A stretch of 39,673 bases of DNA from a virus (Duplodnaviria; Caudoviricetes), in the IMG/VR virus record IMGVR_UViG_3300023293_000036, positions 1 through 39,673 of that record. The stretch is one strand, 5' to 3'. A program made the position numbers and the translations under genes. The notes beneath the pieces were generated by a model. The model made no database searches, was not told the DNA's origin, and worked only from the letters and a program-made list of their open reading frames with translations. Below are positions 28,026-36,243 of the stretch, in pieces. Positions within the stretch are counted from its first letter, which is position 1. Each line of letters begins with the position of its first letter.

Positions 28026-31000
28026 TATACTGTCCTTACGAATAGAGTGCCAGATACGTTTGCGTTACTTGCAGTTGAACCGCCGTTATAGTAGCCTATG
28101 TTCCCCATAAGCCGCCAAGTTCCTGTCAAAGTAGAAGTACTAGACCCACTTGTACCACCACCCCCAGCATAAGTATTAGCTGTACGAATATTGCCTCCCG
28201 CAAAGGTAGCACCCCCATTGTGAACACCAAGCCCAGTATGAAATCCCAAGCAATAAGTCCCAACAGCGCCGAAGGCTGTACTAGAAGTAGGAGCCGCTGC
28301 CCAAGTTAGTCCACCAGTATTCCCTGACTGTGCTGTGAGCATGTAGCCGTTTGTCGGGGCGTTAGATACTTTTAAGTTAGCTTCATCAACTACATTGGAT
28401 GCTATAGTCAAAGCGCCGGAGCCAGTTACTTCACCTGTATGGGTAGCGTTTCCAACTGTGTTAGTAGCGCCTGCTGCAATGCCGTCTAGCTTTGTATTAT
28501 CAGCAGAAGTAAAGTTGATTTGGGTTAACCCGCCATCTCCGACACTATAGGTTGTGTTGGGTGGCGTAGCCCAAGTAAACGTACCGTCAGCATCTGATCT
28601 TAGATATTGTGACGTAGTGCCGTTGCCTGTGACTTTGAGATTGTCAGCGTCAACTACATTGGATGCTATAGTCAAAGCACCGGAGCCAGTTACTTCACCT
28701 GTGTGGGTGGCGTTACCCACTGTATTTGTAGCGCCTGCTGCAATGCCGTCTAGCTTGGCTCCATCTACGGACACGTTACGCCCGTCAAATGTGGAGCTAG
28801 TTGTAACCGCGCCAGTTAACGCGCCGCCAGCTTTAGGTAAAGCATTAGAAGCTAAAGTACCTTGAGCTGATGTTGCAAACGATGCACTACTTAGCCCATC
28901 CAACAAATCAGCATCTAGACCGGAGCCTGCACCATCAACAGTCTTAATAGCTGTTAGTATCTGGGCAGCGGTCTGATCTGTTGTAGCCCCTGCTTCAATG
29001 CCATCCAGCTTGGCGCCATCGGTAGCAACGTCGCGTCCATCAAAAGTTGAGTTGGTTGTCACTGCACCCGTTAAAGCGCCACCAGATTTTGGTAGCGCAT
29101 TATCTGCTGTAGTGCCTTGAGTGGACGTAGCGTAGTCAGAAGAGCTAAATGCCTTGACCTGTGCTAAGTTGGTAACCTCACTATCCATCAAAGCGCCAGC
29201 CGAAGTTACGTTGGCTGTGTCAGTTACATTTGCCGATGCCTCAATACCATCCAGCTTTGTATTATCAGCAGAAGTAAAGTTTATCTGAGAAAGTCCACCA
29301 TCACCAACGCTATAGGTAGTGTTAGGTGGTGTAACCCAACTGAACGTACCATCGCCATCTGATCGTAAATACTGAGAAGTTGTGCCGTTTCCGGTTACCT
29401 TTAAGTTGCCAGCGTCAACAACGTCAGCAGCTATAGTCAAAGCACCGGAGCCGGTTACTTCACCCGTGTGTGTAGCGTTTCCAACTGTGTTAGTAGCGCC
29501 TGTTGCAATGCCGTCTAGCTTTGCACCATCTACAGATACATCACGCCCATCAAATGTTGAGCTAGTCGTTACGGCACCCGTTAAAGCGCCTCCAACTTTT
29601 GGTAAGGCCGCATCAGCAGTGGTGCCTTGAGCAGCCGTGGCGTAGTCAGCGGAGCTAAACGTCTTGACTTGTGCTAAGTTGGTAACCTCACTATCCATCA
29701 AAGCGCCAGCAGATGTCACGTTAGTTGTATCAGTTACGTCAGCGGATGCTTCTATCCCTGACAGCTTGGTTTGCTCTGCATCGCTAAACTCGTTTGTATT
29801 AGCGTTGCTTTCATAGGCTGTCTTAATCTGGGCAGCGGTCTGGTCCGCAGTCGCACCAGTTTCGATGCCATCCAGCTTACCGCCGTCTACGGACACGTCA
29901 CGCCCATCGAACGTGGAGCTAGTCGTTACGGCACCCGTTAAAGCGCCACCAGATTTTGGTAAAGCGTTCGTTGCAAGTGTGCCTTGAGCGGCTGTAGCAT
30001 AGGCAGTGGTGTCGAATGCTTTTACTTGGGCAAGGTTCGCCACTTCGCTGTCCATTAAAGCGCCAGCAGCGGTCACATTGGTTGCGTCTGTAACGTCTGC
30101 CCCGTCTTCTACATTTAACGCAGATAAAAGCGCACTCTTGGTTATTGACCCGCTTAAACCTACAACCGACTGGACGGCGTCTGTTTGATCGTGCTTTGAC
30201 CAGTTGCCCGAATATGTTGTGGCAGATGCGTTGTCGGTTGTCGCAATAATATTATCGCCAATAGCAAATGTTATGCCGTTGACTGTCCCGGCACCCGAAA
30301 CGTAATAGAACCAACCAGTTTGCGCTGCGCCAGAGCCGGGGAAACTACCCGAGGCCGCTGACCAATCGCCCTTGTAGACCATACCGTTGGCTAGGGCCGC
30401 AATATCAATTTCCATTTGGTCTAGGCTTACCGCCTGCGTGACCGTAATGTAATCTAGCTTGGTGCCATCCGCAGCAACGTCCCGGCCATCAAATGTGGAG
30501 CTAGTTGTAATCGCACCCGTCATTGCTCCGCCAGCTTTTGGTAAAGCTGCGTCAGCAGTAGAGCCTTGTGCGGCTGTAGCATAATCTGCGCTGCTAAATG
30601 CTTTTACTTCAGCAAGGTTAGTAACCTCACTATCCATTAATGCCCCGGCGACGGTGACATTAGTCGCATCAGTTACGTCTGCGTTTGTTTCAACGGTATC
30701 CAACTTGGTGCCGTCTGCGGCAACGTCCCTACCATCGACCGTGCCAGTAACACCGAGGCTGGTGACGGACACGTTACCAAGCGTGGCATTGTCATTGGGC
30801 TGCACAGAGCTATTAGCCAATGTGCCTTGCGCTGCTGTAGCATAGTCGGCACTGCTGAATGCCTTGACTTGGGCGAGGTTAGTGACCTCACTATCCATCA
30901 ATGCTCCAGCCGCAGTGACATTAGTTGCATCAGTTACGTCAGCAGATGCCTCTATCCCTGACAGCTTAGTAAACTGAGCGTCAGTGAAGGCGTTGGCTTC

Positions 31001-31585
31001 TGCTTGATATGCAGTTTTAATCTGTGCGCCCGTTTGGTCCGCAGTCGCACCAGTTTCGATGCCATCCAGCTTACTGCCATCTGTGGAGACATCACGCCCG
31101 TCAAAGGTTGAGCTAGTTGTAATAGCACCAGTTATTGCTCCGCCAGCTTTAGGCAGTGCATTATCTGCAGTGGTGCCTTGTGCGGCTGTAGCATAGGCTG
31201 TTGCCGCTGTAGTAGCCGCAGTTCCAAGGCCAAGGTTCGTTCTGGCCGTGCTTGCGCTGGCTAAGTCTGACAGGTTGTTGGCTGGCTGTAGAATATCCTC
31301 CGCCGCAACGCCCACAAAGACCACCGCAGAGCCAGTTAAGTTAATCGCGGCGTCCGCATTGCTGCTTTCGATTACAGTGCGTGTAAGGGTCGTCCCAGAC
31401 GCCGTGTAGGTGCCTGTGCCGATCTCCCAGTTATCCCCGTCCTCAATAACGTATCGAACAACGTCAGCGTTTGCCACTCCGGCGGCAGCAAAGGTTTGAT
31501 AGCCACTCTCAGCGGAGCCGAGGGTAATTGTGCCAGTGCCAGTCGTGGCAGTAGCGACTTTGGCTCTATTTACGAGAGTGACCAT
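28025..31585 (-). CDS. Long modular fibre protein (1186 aa)
   Basis: Repeated GALMDSEV (5x), DGR[DN]V..DG.KLD (7x) and GNATHTGEVTGSGALTIA (3x), plus GSGLDADLLDG; C-terminal tip similar to the 207-aa fibre. Confidence 0.8.
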   Translation of the reverse strand: MVTLVNRAKVATATTGTGTITLGSAESGYQTFAAAGVANADVVRYVIEDGDNWEIGTGTYTASGTTLTRTVIESSNADAAINLTGSAVVFVGVAAEDILQPANNLSDLASASTARTNLGLGTAATTAATAYATAAQGTTADNALPKAGGAITGAITTSSTFDGRDVSTDGSKLDGIETGATADQTGAQIKTAYQAEANAFTDAQFTKLSGIEASADVTDATNVTAAGALMDSEVTNLAQVKAFSSADYATAAQGTLANSSVQPNDNATLGNVSVTSLGVTGTVDGRDVAADGTKLDTVETNADVTDATNVTVAGALMDSEVTNLAEVKAFSSADYATAAQGSTADAALPKAGGAMTGAITTSSTFDGRDVAADGTKLDYITVTQAVSLDQMEIDIAALANGMVYKGDWSAASGSFPGSGAAQTGWFYYVSGAGTVNGITFAIGDNIIATTDNASATTYSGNWSKHDQTDAVQSVVGLSGSITKSALLSALNVEDGADVTDATNVTAAGALMDSEVANLAQVKAFDTTAYATAAQGTLATNALPKSGGALTGAVTTSSTFDGRDVSVDGGKLDGIETGATADQTAAQIKTAYESNANTNEFSDAEQTKLSGIEASADVTDTTNVTSAGALMDSEVTNLAQVKTFSSADYATAAQGTTADAALPKVGGALTGAVTTSSTFDGRDVSVDGAKLDGIATGATNTVGNATHTGEVTGSGALTIAADVVDAGNLKVTGNGTTSQYLRSDGDGTFSWVTPPNTTYSVGDGGLSQINFTSADNTKLDGIEASANVTDTANVTSAGALMDSEVTNLAQVKAFSSSDYATSTQGTTADNALPKSGGALTGAVTTNSTFDGRDVATDGAKLDGIEAGATTDQTAAQILTAIKTVDGAGSGLDADLLDGLSSASFATSAQGTLASNALPKAGGALTGAVTTSSTFDGRNVSVDGAKLDGIAAGATNTVGNATHTGEVTGSGALTIASNVVDADNLKVTGNGTTSQYLRSDADGTFTWATPPNTTYSVGDGGLTQINFTSADNTKLDGIAAGATNTVGNATHTGEVTGSGALTIASNVVDEANLKVSNAPTNGYMLTAQSGNTGGLTWAAAPTSSTAFGAVGTYCLGFHTGLGVHNGGATFAGGNIRTANTYAGGGGTSGSSTSTLTGTWRLMGNIGYYNGGSTASNANVSGTLFVRTV

Positions 31586-31620
31586 TTATATATCCTTTAG
31601 ACTGGAGCGTTCAATATAAC

Positions 31621-31992
31621 TTAAGCTGGGTCAGGTATACCGATAGCAACAGAAGACAACGTAAACGTGTTGCCTGAGGTAACCGCTTGGGATGCTGTTA
31701 GTGTGCTTGTGGCAAGCAGTCTGGTGTTCCCGGTATCGACTATAGCATAGTGGGTTGCTGTACCTGTACCTGTAACTGAGCCATCTGTGATAGCTGCAAC
31801 GACAACCTCACGTCCACCACCTGAACGGTCAGCGGGTGCTCCAACGGAAAGGCTGGTGCTATTTCCCAAAGCGTAGGTTGCATTGGCTTCAGTGTAGGTT
31901 GTAGCCTCTTGTGAAGTAATTAAGATTTTATTTGCTTCGGTGTCAAGAACGGTCAATCCGTTGTCAAGCACCCTGTTGTCTAGTGTAGCCAT
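31621..31992 (-). CDS. Small beta-rich virion protein (123 aa), candidate fibre bead subunit
   Basis: GTGTATHYAIVD...LLAT..L...QAVTSGNTFTL; first gene of the fibre cassette. Confidence 0.6.
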   Translation of the reverse strand: MATLDNRVLDNGLTVLDTEANKILITSQEATTYTEANATYALGNSTSLSVGAPADRSGGGREVVVAAITDGSVTGTGTATHYAIVDTGNTRLLATSTLTASQAVTSGNTFTLSSVAIGIPDPA

Positions 31993-31994
31993 GA

Positions 31995-33338
31995 TTATTT
32001 ATCTTCCTGTACAGGTTCTGGTTGATTTTGACCCGCGTCTGGATCATAGTTTAATTCAGCAATGTCCATAAGGTCACTGATGACCTCTGGGTGAGATGAC
32101 ACATCAATACCTGCACCATTAAGGTTACGAAGGAAGGAAGCAATCTCACGTAGATCATGTGGAGCAACATCACCAGCTTCAATAGTTGGCATCAGGTCAT
32201 AATTCAGACCGTTCAACTGCCAGAGACGCTCTACCAACTGTTTGTTGAGAACATCAACGATAGCTTGAATGTAACTCTCAAGCGCACGGAGGAACAGGTC
32301 TGTCTTCGACTTGGAGAGAGCGTAGGAACCCCCAGAGGAACCAAGCAGAAGAAACTCAGAAAGTACACTACGAGCAATATCATGCTGGTAACGACTGACG
32401 ATGGGATTAATGTCTATATTACGTTTACCATTGGAAGCCATAAGCTCAATGTCAACTAATCTAGTGGAGGAAGGTGCCCCATCTTTATCGGGGTAGGTGT
32501 CGGAAGGCAGTATAATGTAGCCTTGCTCGTTGAACTTAACGTCTCGTAGGATTTGCTGCAAGTTATTGACAAATCCCGACTGGGCAACAGAAGCATCCCC
32601 AGAGAGATACTCAGCAGGAATACGAGCAATGGGAATACCCGCCAACTCACGTTCAACTGCGATAGCTTCGATGGCTTGTATATTATTAAGATACTCGTAA
32701 GAAGTATAAGCGTTACGAAGGATAGACCGACCACTTGGGTCACCGTTAAGGGAAGTAGTTCTATAATAGATAGACTTATTGACGGGAATGTAGTTACTGC
32801 CATTCATAATCCCCACTGATTGTTCAATACCTAAGACATCACCAGTCTTCTGGTCAACATCAAACTTATTGATAGTCCAAGGAGCACGAGAAGCAATCTT
32901 ACGTACACCAATACGTCCATCTGTATACTTAGAGTGTTTCTTGTCTGATCTCTCAGTTGGGCCAACACGCCTCTTGTAGACAACCTCGAACCAACCAAAG
33001 CCATACGACAGAAACGACAATGCTTCAGCAACATGATCGTCTAGTGTATGATCCATGTCATTAAGGACACTCTTAACGAAGTCAGCCTCTACCTTAGCTG
33101 CATCACTGTCGTCTACAGGCTTAACGTGTAAGTCTACATCACGAAGGATTTGCTCAACAGAATACATGACAGCACCAATGGTGGCATCATTGTCACGCAT
33201 CTCACGATACTTTCGTATGGCTTTCTTGCCACGAAGTTCAGGTAGAAACTCATCAGCACGGATTTGACCGTTATGTGTGTTATCGCCAGCAATACCAAGG
33301 GTTGCCTTAGCTTTGGCTTCTGAGAGCTTCTTAACCAT
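31995..33338 (-). CDS. Portal protein
   Basis: Follows TerL; 447 aa; FLSYGFGWFEVVY, P.GRSILRNAY, GGSYALSKS. Confidence 0.85.
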   Translation of the reverse strand: MVKKLSEAKAKATLGIAGDNTHNGQIRADEFLPELRGKKAIRKYREMRDNDATIGAVMYSVEQILRDVDLHVKPVDDSDAAKVEADFVKSVLNDMDHTLDDHVAEALSFLSYGFGWFEVVYKRRVGPTERSDKKHSKYTDGRIGVRKIASRAPWTINKFDVDQKTGDVLGIEQSVGIMNGSNYIPVNKSIYYRTTSLNGDPSGRSILRNAYTSYEYLNNIQAIEAIAVERELAGIPIARIPAEYLSGDASVAQSGFVNNLQQILRDVKFNEQGYIILPSDTYPDKDGAPSSTRLVDIELMASNGKRNIDINPIVSRYQHDIARSVLSEFLLLGSSGGSYALSKSKTDLFLRALESYIQAIVDVLNKQLVERLWQLNGLNYDLMPTIEAGDVAPHDLREIASFLRNLNGAGIDVSSHPEVISDLMDIAELNYDPDAGQNQPEPVQEDK

Positions 33339-33354
33339 GAGATAGGTTCCAATA

Positions 33355-34767
33355 TTATTTCTGTGAAAGTCCCTTAGCACTTGAGTAAGCGAGGGTCAGT
33401 TTGGGTTTAGCGTATCCGTTAAGAGAAAGGTCTGTAATTGCCCATACCATTGCATCAAGGCGGTCAGGAGAGCCAATTCGACCTAGTGGCTCCCACGTTC
33501 TCATCTGTGTCTCAAGTTCATTTAAGGAAGCACCATCAGGAGGATTAGAGACATGCTTTACAAGCCCCCTCTCGTATAATGCTGATACTGGTTCCGCTCT
33601 AGCGTACTTACCACGAGATGCCCTTACAGCCCTGTAGGAGACGCTATCGTCTTCACCATGTATCGTCTGCTTAACCATGTCACCACCTTGGTTAACTTCC
33701 GCTACAATACGGTCAGCTTGGTAATGGTGGTACAGTTGAATAGCTTTGTTAGCCCAACCCTGTGGGGACAGTCTATCGGTATAGTCACCTAAGACATAGG
33801 CAATACCATTAATGTCAATCCCAGCTACAACAATACCTGTCATATCACTCTCAGCATTAGAGGTAACAGCAGGGTCAAGTGCAACGACAATACGGACTAA
33901 GTCTGGTAGATCATCATGCTTAATTGCACAGTCATCTAGCATAACTGTAGTCCATAAGGCTCCTTGAGCTTCTTCTAGGACTTCAGCATAAAGCTCCTGC
34001 CTACCTAGCCTAGTTCCCTCGTACTGTTCTTTAACAGCAGTGAGGTAAGTGCCAGCCAAGTTAGCGGAGTTATCAAAAGTTGACCCAGTTGTAACGACAG
34101 TCTTAGGGTCTTTGAGGATCTGCCTAATTAGTTTAGTGGGCTTAGGTGTAGTCGTAACCATAATACGAGGGTGTTTACCGAGACGCATACAGAACTGTAG
34201 CATCTGCCAAGTGTCTATGTCTTTGTTCCAAGCAGCAGTCTCATCACACCAAGCTAACTCAAACTGAGGACCACGTAAACGCTCAGGTTCCTCCGCAGAG
34301 AAGAACTGTACTTGCGCCCCATTGTCCCATGTAAGTGTACGCTTAGTTGGTGACCACTCAGGGAAACCCATCTTCTTGCCTTTGTGGGTCTTGTCACCCT
34401 TCCAGCATACCGATAGGAAACCAGATTCACCCTTAACCATCACTCGTTCAATATCTGAGTTAGTAGAGGCTACAGCAGCTATACGCTTAATACCACACTT
34501 GACTTGCTCTCGTACCCACTCAACACCTGATCTAGTCTTACCGAAGCCACGACCAGCATTGATGAACCATGTGTTCCACTCAGTACCCTCAGGTTGTAGC
34601 TGATTGTCTCTAGCCCAGAACATCCAGTCATGCTTAAGCTCATCAGTCTTCTGTGGGCCTAGCTGCTCAAAGAGTTCCTTAACCTTGCTCTGCGGCAGTC
34701 CCCTCAGGGCATCGGCAGATATCTTCCTTGCCACAGGCACAGGTGGTTGCTTCTTCTTCGGGGGCAT
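33355..34767 (-). CDS. terL: Terminase large subunit (RcGTA-like)
   Basis: AGRGFGKT Walker A, LRGPQFELAWCDE Walker B, VTTTP, RQELYAE, VALDPA, SPDRLDAMVWA. Exact start uncertain. Confidence 0.95.
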   Translation of the reverse strand: MPPKKKQPPVPVARKISADALRGLPQSKVKELFEQLGPQKTDELKHDWMFWARDNQLQPEGTEWNTWFINAGRGFGKTRSGVEWVREQVKCGIKRIAAVASTNSDIERVMVKGESGFLSVCWKGDKTHKGKKMGFPEWSPTKRTLTWDNGAQVQFFSAEEPERLRGPQFELAWCDETAAWNKDIDTWQMLQFCMRLGKHPRIMVTTTPKPTKLIRQILKDPKTVVTTGSTFDNSANLAGTYLTAVKEQYEGTRLGRQELYAEVLEEAQGALWTTVMLDDCAIKHDDLPDLVRIVVALDPAVTSNAESDMTGIVVAGIDINGIAYVLGDYTDRLSPQGWANKAIQLYHHYQADRIVAEVNQGGDMVKQTIHGEDDSVSYRAVRASRGKYARAEPVSALYERGLVKHVSNPPDGASLNELETQMRTWEPLGRIGSPDRLDAMVWAITDLSLNGYAKPKLTLAYSSAKGLSQK

Positions 34768-35137
34768 CGTTATTATATCCTAGTAGTGACATGAGTGTGT
34801 CTGTAGCACTCTCGTCTAGGTCAGGGTCAACCTCTTGCTCAACCTCATTAACAGTGTGTGTAGGTGACCAACCACCCTTAGACCGTAAGAATAACTCTTG
34901 AGACTTAAAGTCACCATCAAGAGCTTGGTCGATGACCTTACGTCCAACTGCACCATTGATCTTAGCTCTCTCCAGTTCAATGTAGCTGCCATATATCTTG
35001 TACATAGTAGACAGAGACTTTGGTGCATTCTGTAAATGCTGCATAGAAGCAATCATCTGACGAATAGCTATACCACCTTGGATACACTCCAAGATGTGCT
35101 TCTCTACTGTTTTACTATAAGGGAGTGCTTCTGCCAT
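34679..35137 (-). CDS. terS: Terminase small subunit
   Basis: Immediately upstream of and overlapping terL; helical, with ALDGDFKSQELFLRSKGGW. Confidence 0.7.
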   Translation of the reverse strand: MAEALPYSKTVEKHILECIQGGIAIRQMIASMQHLQNAPKSLSTMYKIYGSYIELERAKINGAVGRKVIDQALDGDFKSQELFLRSKGGWSPTHTVNEVEQEVDPDLDESATDTLMSLLGYNNDAPEEEATTCACGKEDICRCPEGTAAEQG

Positions 35138-35420
35138 AAGAGTGTTCCTGCCCTACGGGCTTAACTGCAACATAAGAATTACTAGAGTGGGTAATAAATA
35201 TTCCTCCCCTGATACATCGGCAAGACCTCATCTTCAAGTTTTACCACAGTAAGGTTTGTCTTGGTTGAATTAGGGGAGGTAGAGATACTTAAGTATACCT
35301 TAAGATCAACTAGGAAGAATTATCTTATTAGAATTACTGTAACAGGTTTATCTATTACAAATTCCTACCAAGTTGATCTGTAGTATTAGTTGTTAGTAAA
35401 TACATTAAGTAACCTATACT

Positions 35421-35453
35421 ATATTATATACACTTATTTTTGATTTGCGCAAG
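35421..35453 (-). promoter_or_regulatory. Putative promoter for the packaging/structural operon (TTGCGC-N18-TATAAT)
   Basis: Near-copy of 2349-2381; oriented toward terS. Confidence 0.65.
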
Positions 35454-35792
35454 TAAAAACTTTCACTTTATGCAAACTATTTTACAAGAGGCTGTTATCT
35501 AATGATTCTTTTTTGTGGTATTTGCAGCGTATCTTAGGGTATTTTGCAGTTATTCGTAGGCGGAAATCCGCTGGTTGGGGAGATGGGGTGTCTCCTTGGT
35601 TGGTCTTAGGGATTCTACGAAGCGATGCCCTTAGGGTTAGGGGTAGGCCAAAAGTAATTTCTTGTTTTGGATTCATGTGGGGTTAACGGCCCCGCCCGAA
35701 TCACTCGCGTATAATCTGGAGGGTCCCAATGGAAATGTCAAGCCCCCTGATGATCACGAATTGTTACAGTTTGTTACATTAACGTGAACAAA

Positions 35793-35862
35793 AGTAGTTT
35801 AATGTTAAACTATTATTTAACAATGGTATGCAAGAGTAGTTTAATGTTAAACTATTATTTAA
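35793..35862. repeat. Two perfect 28-bp direct repeats, each containing the palindrome TAGTTTAA-TG-TTAAACTA
   Basis: AGTAGTTTAATGTTAAACTATTATTTAA at 35793-35820 and 35835-35862 (42-bp period). Confidence 0.9.
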
Positions 35863-36000
35863 TCGTGCGATATGCAAAAAGAATCCTTGCGCGAGGATAA
35901 GAGATTCGCCTCACAATTGATAACGATTCGCGGTATGTTATATTGTAACAACTAAGAACTGAACGATCGTTCAACCATTGCCAAACCATTGGCACACAAC

Positions 36001-36024
36001 AAAAGACCCCGCCTAAGCGGAGTC
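36001..36024 (-). terminator. Intrinsic terminator of the leftward three-gene cluster
   Basis: GACUCCGC-UUAG-GCGGGGUC-UUUUGUU on the - strand, 30 nt after the stop at 36055. Confidence 0.8.
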
Positions 36025-36054
36025 CAGTGTTTTATAATGGTGAGACTCTGGAAT

Positions 36055-36243
36055 CTATATCGGCATATAGGTGTTAGTGTCAGAGCGCCATAACGCGGGT
36101 TCAAATTCCAGATTCTTATACCGCTTAGACAATGACTCCGCCAATTCTATTGCATGGGATTCGCTTACAGCATTGCGCCAATGATGTGCCTTGATAGCCT
36201 CTCTTGCGTAAGTGTAGACTCTATATTCGGTTTTAATATTCAT
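36055..36243 (-). CDS. Hypothetical protein (62 aa)
   Basis: TAATG coupling to the upstream gene; followed by a terminator. Confidence 0.6.
   Translation of the reverse strand: MNIKTEYRVYTYAREAIKAHHWRNAVSESHAIELAESLSKRYKNLEFEPALWRSDTNTYMPI

Noticed and set aside
11066-31585. Diversity-generating retroelement or invertible shufflon acting on fibre tips
   Set aside because: No reverse transcriptase or invertase in the window. The paralogous tips are in direct orientation, and their differences are not adenine-specific.
35793-35862. Mini-CRISPR array (28-bp palindromic repeats)
   Set aside because: Only two repeats with a 14-bp spacer and no cas genes; fits paired operators better.
35805-35862. 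CtrA boxes (TTAA-N7-TTAA)
   Set aside because: Spacing here is N8 (TTAA-ACTATTAT-TTAA) or N2, not N7.
35138-36054. tRNA genes or the 64-aa ORF 35482..35676 in the non-coding region
   Set aside because: No cloverleaf with a T-loop (GTTCRA) in proper context was found. The ORF lacks an RBS and has low-complexity composition.
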